Positions 36,575 to 50,798 of a stretch of DNA of 64,000 nucleotides are shown here, piece after piece. The position numbers and the translations under genes were made by a program. The DNA comes from Eledone cirrhosa (taxonomy: Eukaryota). Position 1 is the stretch's first letter; the number at the start of each line of letters is the position of its first letter. Where the stretch lies: the NCBI GenBank assembly GCA_964016885.1, contig OZ024743.1, positions 90,458,001 through 90,522,000 of the forward strand. The letters run 5' to 3'. The notes under the pieces were generated by a model, which saw only the letters and a program-made list of their open reading frames with translations, was not told where the DNA came from and did no database searches.

Positions 36575-37660
36575 TCTTCTTCGCCCACTTATTCCTGAGA
36601 GGGTTGAGGGGGCAGAGTCCTCAAACACTCCTTCTAGTGTGTTTTGTTAGAAGCAACCGTCTCCAATCTGGCTGGATTCCCAAACAAGACCAGGCAAACT
36701 CATGGATGTTATCCAACTGTCTTGCTTGGGGTCTACTCCTGGGTCTCCTGCTGGTTGGTTTTGCCCATAAAATCTGTCCAGTGATTCTTTCCTGAGACAT
36801 ACTAACCACTGCTAGCATGAAAGATGGACATTAAAAAATGATGATGGTACCCATAGTATCAGAGCTGTGATCTCTCAATTCGGAGAAGTAGTGGTTCTAC
36901 CTCAAGTGACTCTAATCTTTGAGCTACACACTCTATCAAATAACGTTACACCAAAGACCCTTCAAAGGAACCCTATTTCAGCCACTTGCAATCGTATTCT
37001 TTCTGTCATTACTCAAGATTCATGACCATAAGTAAGGGTTGGCACAAAAATCCGAATTGAAGGTAACGAGTTTGGCTTTTACACCTACCCCCATTCTTCT
37101 GATAACTGAATGCTGAAGCTGGCACATCACTGCACTAGCTCCTGCTATCCATCATTTGTGAACACGGCCTCGAGATACTTGAACTTCTCTACTTGCTTCA
37201 GTGGAACTCCATTTATATGTAGAGTGCACTGCGCAGCACAGCCGACCAAATAGTCACACTGCGGCAGATCTTCAACAAATCATGGGAGTATTGCCAAGAG
37301 GTATATTTTTGTTTTGTTGACCTTGAAAAGGCATATTGGGACCTGTTGTGGAAGGTTCTGCAAGAGTATGGATTCAATGGTCAGCTCCTTACTGCTCTGA
37401 TGTCTCTATACGAATCCCAAGTATTTGTGTTTGGATAAATGGTGCTAAATCAAAACCATTTAATGTGGGAGTCGGACTCCACCAAGGGTGCATACTGCCA
37501 CTACACTCTTTTACAGCCTGAGTTCAAATCCCACCAAGGTTAACTTTGCCTTTCACCCTTATGGGGGTTGAAAGTGGTATCATGACAGTCGGCTGCAATT
37601 TGCAGACCATATAGTTTTACTTAACTCGACAGAAAGTGATCTCTGACTTGCATTCAATAG
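36575..37660. mobile_element. Expander-like RTE LINE pieces (3' end on the minus strand 36575-37230; RT pieces on the plus strand 37245-37660) with a SINE insert
   Basis: KPTSRRPRSRPQARQLDNIHE and EKFKYLE on minus. FCFVDLEKAY..FNVGVGLHQGCIL on plus. Confidence 0.75.
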
Positions 37661-38189
37661 GTTTTATGTTGAGTTCTTTGGTAAAGCAGTTTTCTTAGCA
37701 ACCCTTGCAGGTGCTACTCTTCTGGATCAAAACAATAGCACCTGCAAATAGTATCAGCTGAGAGGCATCTCTGTTATTTTCAATATCCGGGGTTTTCTAG
37801 AGAGACATCTTGATTCTTCTCAATATCTAGGGGTTGTTCAACCCTAGACCCTGACTGACACTAGATACTGTTTAAGGTCATACACCAGATACAGTTTAAG
37901 TCTTGGCTAGTAAGTTGTTGACTCCATCAATAGTAAGCCTCACAGTTATGAGCAATCACCACATGTTGACACTGTTTGATAGCCTCCAACCATTACACGT
38001 CCTGTGGAGTAATACACACAGTTACCATATTGGTTTCTAATTTAGACACAAAGCCAGCAAATTTGGGTGATGGGCAAACTCAATTAAATCAACCTGGTAC
38101 TTGTCTGGTACTTTATTTTATTGACCCTAGAAAGATAAAAGACAAAATTTACCTTCATAGGATTTGAACTCAGAATACAAAGACTCAGC

Positions 38190-38760
38190 TCCCCCATATT
38201 GAGACAAGCACTATCCGTGTGAATTTGACTTAGACATTTTGCTCTTGCTCACTCCACACATTGTCAAACTATAATACAATCGCATGCTTGAGTTCAACAT
38301 ATAGTGCTCCTCCTGTGGTAATTAACTGGTTGTCTCCCTTACATATGGTTCCCAAGAAGACATCCAGCAACTGGCATCCTTGCGGTGACTACCGTGCTCT
38401 TAATCCGAACACTATTTAAAAAAGCTTGCCAATTCCACACTTACTGGATTTTTCTTCGTTCTCCGATGGCGCACAAGTTTTCTCCAAGACAAATCTTGTC
38501 AGTGCATGTTATCAGATCCCAGAAAAATTGGGCAACTTTCACAAGACACCAATCTCAAAACTTTGAGTTTGCATTCATATCGTCTAGTTCTTGTAATGTC
38601 ATATCTACATTTCAGAGATTGGTGTTTGAAAATTATCCTCTGCAACCGCACTATGTGGAGATCTCTCGTCGGCCAACGCTCCATAGAGAGCAAGAGGAAC
38701 TTACTACCAGAACCTTCTCAGATCTGCCTTTTGGTTCATCCTTTAACTTTTTAACATTAG
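38190..38760 (+). mobile_element. Degenerate Ty3/Gypsy pol (RT) fragment
   Basis: NWLSPLHMVPKKTSSNWHPCGDYRALNPNT..PIPHLLDFSSFSDGAQVFSKTNLVSACYQIP..TFQRL matches the Gypsy RT consensus WASPLHMVPKK..WRPCGDYRALN. Confidence 0.85.
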
Positions 38761-41678
38761 TTATTTTCCCTTAAGGCAAATTGGTAAATGCGTTAGAGCG
38801 TCAGATAGAATGCTCTGCAGTATTCGCTCTTTGTGTTCCCAGTTTAAAACCCGCCATGGTCAATTTTGCTTTGTATCCTTTCGAGGTCGATAAAAGATGT
38901 ACCAGTTCAGTACTCTATATCTCTGTCTCACTTTCCCTCTTTCCTTCTCTGAAAGAAATTGGCTGTGTTCATACCTTGAAAGTTAAAACGAGCAAGACAC
39001 GCTTATATCACTACGGCGCCCTTACGACTCCATAAATACATATTTTCCCTTAATTTTAGGTTTTTTAATTTAAGTTTTAATCCATCAAACTCCCGATAGC
39101 GATCATAATCAGCACATGTTCCCACTTTCACTGCAAACTGAAAATATTTGCCTAGAATGAATAGAAAAATTATAAAAAAGAACATTTTTGTAACTCGCCT
39201 TTAGTATATTTTCTAATCCTAATTTTGTCTCTTTAGAAATAAGTTTTCGTATAAAAATATTAATTCGTAATAAATTCGATAACGAACACGAGACCCATGG
39301 TAATGTCTCTATGGAGATATTTTTGTCAGTTAAGTTTATTGCGTTTAGTCTTCGATATATCCCCACACACACATCAAACTTTTTTCATGTTTGGATTAAC
39401 ATTTCAAATACATTCATTATACGATTAACGTGAGTGAATTAAACACATCATTAACAGCTAATTATGAGGCTATATTAAAATATAAATAATTTCATGTTCA
39501 GTTACATAAATGTAATAATATAAATAGCACATGGTTTAATTGCAACGAGGTCTTAATCGTAATAAAACATTCAAATTTTGAACAAGATTTGTGCTACATT
39601 AGATTTCATATACACTTAAAACAATAATGCATGTAAAGTAATTTATCTTGTAGGTAAGGGGAAGGAAATAAAGGTAGCCAATGAAATCAAGGCTATCAAA
39701 GCTAGTTGGGAGAACTTTTAGTGAAATGGCTGGGGTTGGGGGAAGTGATCATAAAGATTTCGCGCCGTTTTCATTCAAACTTTTTTTTTCTTCTATAAAA
39801 TTAAAAACTTTACGAAGTTGCTATCATTATTAAAAGCATGAATTATTTGTTTTAGTTACTTTATTTATAGCATATTTTATAAAAGTATAATGGGTTTTTA
39901 AAAAATCTATACTGACATATTTTTATCGATTATAATCTATACTTAATTTAATCCCCTTTTTGATGACATACTCATAGCACGGTGTGATTTCTGATTATTT
40001 ATTATGTTTTCATCTTAAACTGAATCGAACCATTATTTATATCTTTTTAAATAAAATATTTCAGAATTATTGAGCAATATAGTTTTCCCCTCCATAACTG
40101 AAAGATTTATTCACTGCAGGTCCTCTCACTAACACTCCTTAGTGAGTCTTCCAAGCAACCTGGAGTTTCTATTTCGTCTTACAGTATTACAACCTAATGA
40201 TCTTGTTTAATTCGCATGTAGACTTATCTTCTTTCCCTCCCATTTAATAATTATCGTGTTCCCCTACTGCCGTTGCCCGCTCCCCCCTTCATAACATTCA
40301 TCTCACACTATCCCCCTACCACACATTGCGCTCGTTAAAATTCACCACCATTATCACCATCAACAACACAAACCTTCGCCATCAACTCCTCTTACTTCGT
40401 GGCCGAGTTTTCAAGGTAAGAAACTAAACAACCACCTATTGACTAATAAAAAATAAGCGGTAACAACGAATAGACAAATAAATGGTGAAGAACATTTTAT
40501 TTTCGCCATTGCAAAACCCACTTTATTGCAATTTACTTCTCAGCAAACAAAACCCTCAAACCGTCTATCACTTCATCGTTCATCTTAATCTAATTTGTTC
40601 TATCATTACATATTTAATATATGATCGTTTCTAGCGTAACAAGAAACATTAGCAAAACAATATGCTGAGGGAAATTTTTTATCATTAGAATTATTTACAA
40701 TTCAGTATTTGCTGTTTGTTATTTTTTCGTCAATCTGGTGAAATTAGCCATTCAGTGACAATAAACTACTAGATCAAGTCTTTATATTCTTATTTCTTTC
40801 TCTCTCTCCTAATATATATATAAACACTACATATATTCGTACATACATATGTATATAATATATATATGTTGTGTTGTTTCTATGTTAGTTGAAGTATGTT
40901 ATGGTGTGTATCTTAAGTGGATTCCATTTCATGATGTTATCGTTACTGAAAGAATGTTACTCTAGTCAAATATACCCGTTTGCGACTATGTAAAATGTGA
41001 CAATGAAAGCCAATTCTTCAATAATCTATCGCAGATGATCGATAGTTTAGAATCTGTATTTATTTTGATGTTAATTTTATAATCTAAATGTCAACATATT
41101 CAACGTCACAAATTATAAAAATCGCGCATAAACTTGAACTCGGGTTCAACTTTATAAAATTAACCCTGCATTTTATGAAAGGCGTCGACCTGTACTACGT
41201 TATTTAGCAGCTATAGGTTAGTCTTTTCATTGATTATATTAATTCTTCTAAAATATATATTGTAAATAAAAACTGTCACCATTCCATTTGTTGTGGTATT
41301 TTTATGCTATGAATTCAGTGAGGAGGGGGATACACATTACTTCCCTTGTACGTAACTCTCTATCGCCGTCAATGTTACTAACGAAGAAGCTGCTTCCTCT
41401 CCTTCTCCTCCTTTCATCTTACCTCACATAAAGAAACTCCTCCTCCCACTAACACCGGTTCGTTTTAATCTCCCCCATCCCCTTATCTTGCAGGAATGCC
41501 ACTTGAGAGGGATTTGTTGCTGTCTCTCATAGGATCTGAATGAAAATCATACATAATTTCTGTCTATTTTCATATCTGCACCTAAATCTAGTGTGATTGT
41601 GCGTCCACAATTGTAATTGCTGGCCCCAGAAGTGTGCATCAATTTACTCTTCTTATATTCCAGTAATCTAACATTGTC

Positions 41679-41690
41679 CAAGATGGCGGC
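41679..41690 (+). promoter_or_regulatory. YY1 consensus site in a repeat-poor, promoter-like region
   Basis: Exact CAAGATGGCGGC. ETS-like CGGAAGT at 42044-42050 and candidate donor CAG|GTAGAG at 42090/42091. Confidence 0.5.
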
Positions 41691-44600
41691 TACTGCCGTT
41701 CTTCTTTACTTTGGTTGTGTGTTGTGTGAATGAGCTGCTCTACATACAACACTGTGTGGCCCTACAACAACCAGTCCGCCAGATTCACCTTCCGACACTC
41801 ATGACAACTACAAAAAACAACAGCTAAACACAATGAAAATTAGTTTTATTGCGCTTTCCTCTTTTTGTTATGCGACCTTTTTAAAAATTCTGGATGAGTA
41901 TACTGAGTTGAGCTACTGATAAAAGAAAAAGCTAGACTTTAATAAACCCCTCCAGGACGAAGACAAGCTGTACCATCATCATTCTCTGTATATAAAGTAT
42001 ATATTCATAAATATATTTAATACACGCATATTTTGTACTGAGACGGAAGTACCAACAAAATATTTTAAATAAAAAGGGATCGTGGCGCAGGTAGAGTTGA
42101 TAAAAATTTTCTTTTCATCTATGTTCACTGTTTACACAGGAATTACCAACGTATCTGTTTATGTGTTACATTAATATTGTTAACCAGTGATCAAAATAAG
42201 TCGTTTAAAATTCGATCAGTTGGTGTCATCATAGAAGAAAATGTAGCTTTGTAGCTAACTACAATTTAGACCAGCCATGCTGCTTAAAAAATACTGCACC
42301 TTCCATTACTCTTTCGATTCTTCATTATTTCAAGCCTGTGTATTTCTTCTCTAAATGATATTGTTGACTGAGCTTTTATTTTGTTTGTGTGTGTGTGCAG
42401 AGAAACTAGTGAATAGAGGAGAGAAAGAGATCGATCGATTTTTCCCCCCGGTTATTTGTTGTTTTTTTATTGCTTTGTGTTGTTATCTAGAGCAAAGATA
42501 GGTTTTGACGAATTCTAATGAATAATAATAAAATAACCGAGGGGAAAAAAGACCTTGTAATCTTCTGTAAATATAGTCTTAGTTATTTCTTCATATGCAT
42601 ACCTTACATGATCAATCTGTTCTGGTGAAGAAGCAAATATTTATGTCAAATTTACTAAATTCTTAAAACAACAGTTTCCATCATTTCCTGTTATATTATT
42701 TTATTTTTTCAAATTGTTCTCTCAGAATTGCCGTTCCATCCCACTCTATTAAATTTAATAATAGTTGGCCTCTTCAATAAGCTTTACCTACATATCTATA
42801 TATTTCTCTCTCTCTCTCCACATATATATATATATACACAATGCTGTTTGTGGACAAAATTTTAGATATATTAGCTCCATAAAATTCTTCCGTTTTTCTT
42901 CAAGTGTTATCTAGATTTAAAAAAATATATTAAGAGATCTCCAATACTGCACAAACGATAAGAAAATTTGAAAAAAGACGACGATGTTGGGAATTCATAA
43001 TTTTATCACGACTTTGTTTATATCGCATTTTATATCAAAGTTAGTTAAATTACACAGTTATAAATTTATTTTTGTATGAGAACTCACTTTCCCTCCCACT
43101 TAGCCAAATTATGGTGATTCTTTTTTTACCGGGCAAATGAAATGATCTCTTCTGTTTGTCCAACCACAATTTTTCGTGTTTAAATATTTTTGTTTTCAGA
43201 ATCTTTTTCTCTCTATATATTATTTAGTTATATATGTCTCTCCTATCTGTAGTGGTTAGTAGTGTATAAAGACTACATTCAGATTTAATTATTAATATGG
43301 CCGTCTTTCTATATTTATTCTACATGCCGCTTCTTACACACTTCACTAACTATTCTAATAAATTCAAAACTATGCATCTTTTTATTTACCAATTAAAAAT
43401 AATTCATTAGTGATGAAATTTATTGTAAAAATACAGATTTTTGTTTTGTTTTCATTGCGCTGACTTTTAATTAGTGGTTGTTAATTAAGTTCGGTTGCAA
43501 CACCTGAATTGGCCTCAATTAATATTTAGATTAAGGATATAGAAAAATGGAAATAGATTAAAATTACTTAGGAAGATTGTTCTAAACTTTTCTTGTATAG
43601 AAAGTATTTGAAGTTTTAGATAGAGCAGCGATCCACACTATATATAATAAATAAAACCGTCTCTCTTATTTATTATACTAAAACTCCGGTTGATACCTTA
43701 GAGAAAATCTTAAGGAATACAGATCGTAGAGTGCGTTATGTTTGTTTACGATAAAGTCGGTAGATTATTTGATCAACCAACTTTCACCAATGATGTGTAT
43801 ATATATATATATATCATAGCCAGATTTTGATCCTACTAGATCCCAACGTATCCCATTGCAATAGATAAATCGTTCTTCAATGTGTGGCTCACAAATGTTA
43901 TATACTATATAATATTTTATATAGTGGGTTTAGGATGGAGTGTAGACCTTGCTATCCTATAATCATTTCTAAACTGTATTTTTTTAAAGTATGGTGTATT
44001 AAGTTGAATAATGGTCTTACTAGTTTTAACTAGGAAGATCTTAGCCAAATCTCTCCCTAAATATATATATGCATAGATGTGTGTGTGTTATTTTTCAAAG
44101 GAAAACGTGGCAGTGACTTCGAAGCTAATAATTAAGAAGTCGCGGCAATGTATTTGTTTTGCAAATTTTTTGGCAATATTAAGACATGACCCCCCCCCCC
44201 CTCCGCAAGATAATAATTAAGTAGTCACTGCCACCTTTTTCTTATATATTGTGGCCATTCATTCTGTTTGTTTACAGAAAATACAATATATATATATATA
44301 TGCGAAAAATAAAGCAAACAATGCAGTAGAATGAAGATATATATTAGTTTAACGTTAGTTATGGTAGGAAAATAGTCATAACTGCTACTACTACGTAATA
44401 TTTGCACTACAATAAATATGTACACACTACTTCTGTATTGAGTACTTTTTCCTCTTGTGTATAAACACACACACACACACACATACGTGTCGTCTCGTCT
44501 TGTTCTATTGCAATCCCTAGTGCGGACGGTCCCGCCTTTAAAAACCGAACTTGTGTTAATCTCCAGCAGAGAAGTGATGATTAAGGGATGATTTGCTCCG

Positions 44601-45135
44601 ATTTTCCAGTGTCTGTTTGGGAAAAATATTTTCCGCTTTCATGAAAGGCAGAAAGCGAGAATCAAGCTATTATGTTAGTTTAAAACCATTTTCCCACCCA
44701 AAATACTAATGGTTTGTTTGTTTTATTGAAGGTTGGAAATGGGACGTTTCGTTATATAAATTGAAACCCTAATTTATATAATGTTTGTTTCAATTCGATA
44801 TGTGTGTGCTTGAAATAACAGATGATATATAATTTTCCCACTATTGGATACCGCTGATTATGTATTTATCTCTGTTTTTGTCGAAAGACAATTTTCCTGT
44901 CCAGTTTTTGTTTTACCAACAGAGCAGCAGTTATCCAATTTGTTGGGCAAACTGGCATTACAATACCACATTAATGTGCAAAATTGCATTCCTGCAAGGT
45001 GGCTGACGAGGTAGAGATGCAGTTATCTGTTCATCTTATGTAGCTGAACTGTTTTTGTGTGTATCTTTATCTTTCAACATATCATTATGCAAAGATAGTT
45101 TGCCATTTTCTATTAACTCAGTCTTTCCTTGTATG

Positions 45136-45166
<31 letters not shown>

Positions 45167-45226
45167 TGTGTGTGTGTGTATTTATATTTGTATGTGTCTC
45201 TCTCTCTATATATATATATATATATA

Positions 45227-45327
45227 CAGGGTGTGCGCAAAAAATGTATAAACACTTCAACAGCATACTAATAAATATTGCCTGTACAGGTAATCAAAGT
45301 GTATATACATTTTTGGGGGACAACCTG
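45227..45327. mobile_element. Tc1/mariner-type MITE in (TA)n
   Basis: TA|CAGGGTGTGCGCAAAAAATGTATA ... TATACATTTTTGGGGGACAACCTG imperfect TIRs. Confidence 0.7.
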
Positions 45328-45809
45328 TGTGTGTGTGTGTATATATATATATACACACACATAATGGGGAAAATACATTGGTTTGTCCTATTTCTCTTGG
45401 CTTTTTGTCTTAGCAATTGTTTATTGTTCATTTGACATTAGCTGCACACTCACACACACAGATACATATAACTTGTTTACTATATTAAACGTAATTAATG
45501 ATTCCCGGGCTGCAGTTTGCTTTCATTGGTAATCACATGAGTGCACTAAGTAAATCTATGGTGTTAGCGCCACAATAAAATGCACCCAATACACACTGTA
45601 AAGTGGTAGTATTGGTGTCACGATAGAATGCACCCAGTATACACTATAAAAGGGTAGTGCCCGTGTCATAATAAAGGCACCCAGTACACTCTAAAATGGT
45701 TGGCATCAGGAAGGGCCGTAGAAATGATGTCTATAACAACCCATTTAAGTAGCATGGAAAAATGTACTTAAAATGACAATGATGATATACGTCAATAGAG
45801 AAACCTTGT

Positions 45810-46150
45810 ATCATCATCATCATCATCATTTTACGTTCGCTTTTCCCTGCTTGCAAGGGTGGGACGGGAACTGATTCTGGCTTGATTTCTACAGCTGGAT
45901 GCCCTTCCTAACACCAACCTCATTTACAGTGAGTGCTGGGTGCTTTTTTGCCGTGGCACCTCCATGACCACTTTGCAGTGGAATGATAGAGACCCCAGTC
46001 CTATCATCTCATTTCTACAGCTGAGTAAACTGGAGCAATGTGAAATAAAGTGTCTTGCTCAAGGAAACAACACATCACCCGGTCTGAGAATTGAACTCAC
46101 AACCTTTCGATTGCAAGGCCAATGCTCTAACCACTAAGCCATGTGCCTCC
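45810..46150 (-). mobile_element. Complete SINE family 2 (tRNA head + core + RTE-derived modules + RTE-B tail)
   Basis: Minus strand: GGAGGCACATGGCTTAGTGGTTAGAGCA..GAGTTCAATTCTC..CCTTGAGCAAGACACTTT..AGGAAGGGCATCCAGCTG..CCCACCCTTGCAAGCAGGGAAAAGCG..(ATG)n. Confidence 0.88.
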
Positions 46151-46988
46151 TTGTATATTCTGTGTTTTTGAGAAATTACAACAGGAAAGTGCTACTACTA
46201 TCCAGCACTCCTTGTCCATTCCAAATGATATTCATGCTCATCACCGTATATTTTCCATGGTTATATGGTCTAGATGGTCTCATGTTCTGAGACAAGACTG
46301 GCCTAGTGACCACATCTTGCTTGTGCACTCTGTTTTGGGCTTAGTTTCTATGGCTGGATGCCCTTTCTAAAACCAACCACTTAACAGCATAGACTGGGTG
46401 CTTTTTGTCGTCACACCATCTGTTTACAATATCTAATCAGTAAAATCTAAAGTAAATAAAATTCATGTTTTCATTATCACTCTGTTTTTTCCATGCGTGT
46501 GAGGTTCAATGCCCTGAGATCAATTTTTACTACTTCTTGCCAAGTTTTCCTTGGTCCTTCTCTTCCACTTCCATCTCCTGTCACTTCTGTGGCCAACTAT
46601 CATCATCCATATGCATCATAGTCTGCACCAATGCAGCCTTATCTCTTGCACACAACACTAACTTTACACATCCAGTGGAGCATAATTGCTTCATTTATTA
46701 TCAGAATTTGCACACCCTCTTCATTCAATGTCCTTGTTTCTCACTTCCTACACAGCAAGCAACATCTAATTATTTTATTCCCATGTCTTTTCCTGCCTAT
46801 CAAATCTCTTCTTTATCCACTTATTCCTGAGATGGTTGTAGGGGCAGGGGCCTCAGACATACCTCCGACTAGATCTCCAAGTGAGACCAACCAAGGTTAT
46901 GGATGTGGTTTGCTTCTGGGTCTCCTGCTGGTTGGTTTTGCCCATAAAATCTCTCTTGCGGTTATTTCCTTAAACATTCTAACCACAT

Positions 46989-49099
46989 CTCCGCTAGACA
47001 GTGTGTCAGAAATGACTTTGGCGAACTTGCTTGCCCTCACTGATGCTGAAAAGAAGGTAGCATGGAAGTGCCACAATGAAAGATTACTGAATGAGGAGAA
47101 TGCATGGGATAAAGACAGTCTGTCATATGTTGACCCAACAGAGGGACTGGCTGTACAAGTTAACGGTAGTATGGTAAGTAAGGCAATCAAGGATATGAAA
47201 TCAAGCAGGGCAGCTGGCCCCTCAGGGATAGTTGTTGATATGCTGAAAACTTCAGGTATGATGGGCCATACCTTAGTCTCCCGCATTGTTATATAAAATG
47301 GTGCCATATCCAATGACTGGTGTAGCAGTAGCATCGTAAACTGCTACAAGGGCAAAGGAGATGCCCTAGATAGAGAAAACTATAGAGGCATTAAGTTGGT
47401 TGACCAGGTTATGAAGGTCACTGAAAGAGTCTTAGCTCAGCTGATTAGAGAATGTGTTAACATAGATGAGATGCAGTTTGGATTTGTCCCAAGTAAGAGT
47501 ACCACAGATGCCCTCTTCTTTGTAAGACAACTGCAGAAGTACCTAGCTGAGAGTAAGTCCCTCTACCTGGCTTTTGTCGACCTTGAGAAAGCTTTTGACA
47601 GAGTATCCCATTCCATTATCTGATGGGCTCTTAGGAAACTAGTTGACGAATGGCTTGTGAAAGCAGTTCAAGCAATGTATAGAAGAACAGCCAATAAGGT
47701 TAGAATTAATAATGACTATAGTGAAGAATTTAGCGTGCAGGTTGGTGTCCATCAGGGCTCTGTTCTTATCGTTTATCATCGTTCTGCAGATAATAACGGA
47801 GGAGTTTAAGACCGGCTGCCCATGGGAACTTCTATATGCTGATGATCTAACCCTTATAGCTGAACTAGAGATGAAATTCCAAACCTGGAAGCAAGGCCTA
47901 GAATCGAGAGGTCTTAAAATCAACCTGGCAAAGACTAAAGTTCTAGTATGTAGTAGGGATAACAGGGCACAGGTCGCCTCTAGGAAATAGCTCTGCTAAG
48001 TGTACAGAAAGGGAGTTAGTAGAAATTCCATTCTATGTACCAAATGCAAGCAATGGGTACACAAGAGATATAGTGGGATCTCAGGCAGGCTAACATAGAT
48101 TGTAGGTTTTACTTGTGGCAGTAAGTAGCAAGAACCTTCAAGATACAACCACCTTCAAATGCTCGGCTTGGTTGAAGTGGTTGATAGTTTTTGTTACCTG
48201 GGTGACCAAATCAGTAGTGGGGGAGGGTGTTTCGAAAGCACAATAACCAGGGTGAGATCGGGTTGGAGAAAATTCAGGGAGCTACTACCGTTACAAAAGG
48301 TTTTTCTTTCAAAATGAAAGGCAGACTGTATGATGCATGTATACAAACAACAATGTTGCACGGCAGCAAGACCTGGGCACAGTATGCGTGGGACCTGCGA
48401 AGATTTGAAAAAAATGAAGCCTCCAAGCTTTGCTGGATGTGCAATAGCAATATACATGAACGGCAAAGTATAAATACACTGCGTGAGGAATTAGGCTTAA
48501 GAGGGATCAGTTGTTGCATGCATGAGAGGAGATTCCATTGGTATAGACATGTGATGCATATGAAGGATGACAGCTGTATAATAAGGTGCAGAGCGCTCAA
48601 AGTCGATGGGAGTCGTGTTGTGGGCAGGCCTAGGAAGACTTGGAATGGGGTAATAAAAACTGACCTTGCACAATTACACCTCTCAAAGGCAATGACTCTG
48701 GACCGCAACGTCTGGCGCTGTGCAGTTTTATGGAAGACCTACCCTCAACCTTCTATCCTCTCTCATTCACCTCTCCTACTACCCTGCCACATTTTTCACC
48801 CAAGCCCCTCCATCCTCCCTAGTCCCAAGGCATCAGTGTTGTCAGCGACACGACAAAGGTGCCCAGTCTACACTGTAAAGAACATCCAGCCCACACTGTA
48901 AAATGATCACGTGGGTGTCACGACAAAAAGCACCCAGCATACACTGTAAATGTGGTTGGTGTTAGGAAGGGCATCCAGTCAGAAACTCTCCTATATGAGC
49001 AAGACACGGTCACCCAATCCAACTTGCCTCAAAATGGGACAAACTTGTCTAACTCATGCTAGTGTGGAAGATAGACATTAATCAATGATAATGATGATG
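46989..49099 (+). mobile_element. RTE LINE (A-related), 5'-truncated, RT core retained, inserted into an Expander-like LINE
   Basis: AWKCHNERLLN..AAGPSG..MQFGFVP..FVDLEKAFDRV..LLYADDL..GRPRKTW. Host LINE pieces at 46810-46988 and 49100-49285. Confidence 0.9.
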
Positions 49100-50259
49100 T
49101 CCATAGTACCAAAGCTGAGATCTCTCAATCTGGAAAAGTAGCAGCTCTAATTGGAGCAATTCTCTGATCTCGGAGATATGCACTCTTTTGAATAACCTTA
49201 CGCCAAAGACTCTTTAAAAGAACCTCATATTGGATGCTTGTATTTGTGATACTATTATTTCATTCATTACCTAAGATTACCCAATATGCTGCAACTGATC
49301 TGGGAGGTGTGGGATGGACGCTCAAAGGTTGTGTATCCCAGACCATAAAGGGGGGCCAGAAAGGGGCAAATGTTGGCAATTGGAACATTACACCCCTTAC
49401 AGGTAAGGAGCAACAACTATTGGAGAAGACCAGATGAAATCAGGGTTTTCTCAACTAAGTTCCATGGCTCTGGTAATGTAGATTTGGATGGAGGATGGAA
49501 ACTCCAGTATTCAGATGTGGTGCCAGAAAGGACAGCACAGACACAAATAAGGATACTCACAAGTCCCTGGCTGTCTAAATGTGTTATGGAATGGATAGGA
49601 AGATTTGCCTCGTAAAGCTTAAGCTGAAAGAATGGTGCAAGTTTATGTGTTGAACAAAGAGTTCAACTAGAGATCCTTTCTTGATGAAGTCACTGCAGCA
49701 TTAGATTTTGTTAAGACTATTAAATCTCAGCAGTTAGGTTTTTTTACTTTTATATATTTGTTATCATCATCACAATCATTGTTTAACATCCATATTTCCA
49801 TGCTAGCATGGGTTTGACGAATTGTTCTGTTGTGAGATAGGCCGGGTCAGGTGACCTTGTCTTGCTCATGCAGACTGATTTTGGCTTGGTTTCTACAGCT
49901 GGATGCCCTTCCTAACACCAACCTCATTTACAGTGAGTACTGGGTGCTTTTTGTTGTGACATCTGCACGACCCTTTTACAGTGTGGGCTGGGTACTTTTT
50001 GTCGTGACACCTACACGAGCACTTTACAGTTTGAGCCATACAACCAACAATATTTTTAACACATTATTTTCTCAGTTCACTCTTGTTTCACTATAATTTT
50101 AAGCTATACATTTTTAGGTTACTACAACTTTTCTATCTTTACTAATTATATCATCATCATTGTCATTTTAACATCCACTTTCCCTGCTAGCAAAGGTTGG
50201 ACAGGTCTATATAAACTAAGTCAGTACTGAAGTGAATCCACTGATCTCTTTGGCAGAAA

Positions 50260-50798
50260 GAAATCTGGAGGGTTTAAATCAGGGCGGTGTTGGGTCCACT
50301 TCAAATAAGTCTTCAAACAGATCGCGCGATTTCCAGAGTTATTTTTCAGCCTGTATTCTGTAGGGGTTCTTCTTAAGGTTGTCTTTGACAACCTTTCTGC
50401 AAGTTTCTTTTGAGAGACCCAAGGAGTGGCTTCTCCTGCTCAGCGATTGTTTTGAGCTCTGGTCAACAGATTCCCAGACCATGTCAATGCGTTCCTGTTT
50501 ACACGTTTTGGGTCGTCCAGGATGGGTAGGATAGTCCTCAGACATTGTATTGGGGTTCTCCACTGTTCCATAGATCTCAAACTTCTTTGCCCCGTTTTGT
50601 ATAGTTGGCTTTGGAGGGAGATTTGTCTGTTCCAAAAAGTACATGAAATTGTTCCTGGATCTGCTTGTATGAGCCACACTTATAGTAATGTTTCACATAG
50701 AAAATCCTGTGCTGGAGCTCCTGTTGAGGCCTTGTTTTCTTCTCTAACGTACAGACAGAAAATGTGTGCAGGGCTGGTTTTTTTCTTTTGTTACCCTG
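50260..50798 (-). mobile_element. Tc1/mariner transposase N-terminal fragment with left TIR
   Basis: TA|CAGGGTA terminus. YVKHYYKCGSYKQIQEQF..PPKPTIQ..KKFEIYGTVEN..GRPKT..SLSRRSHSLGLSKETCRKVVK..PYRIQ (HTH region, frameshifted). Confidence 0.8.

Noticed and set aside
44574-44660. C-box-like GTGATGA suggesting a C/D snoRNA
   Set aside because: No D box (CTGA) at a suitable distance and no terminal stem.
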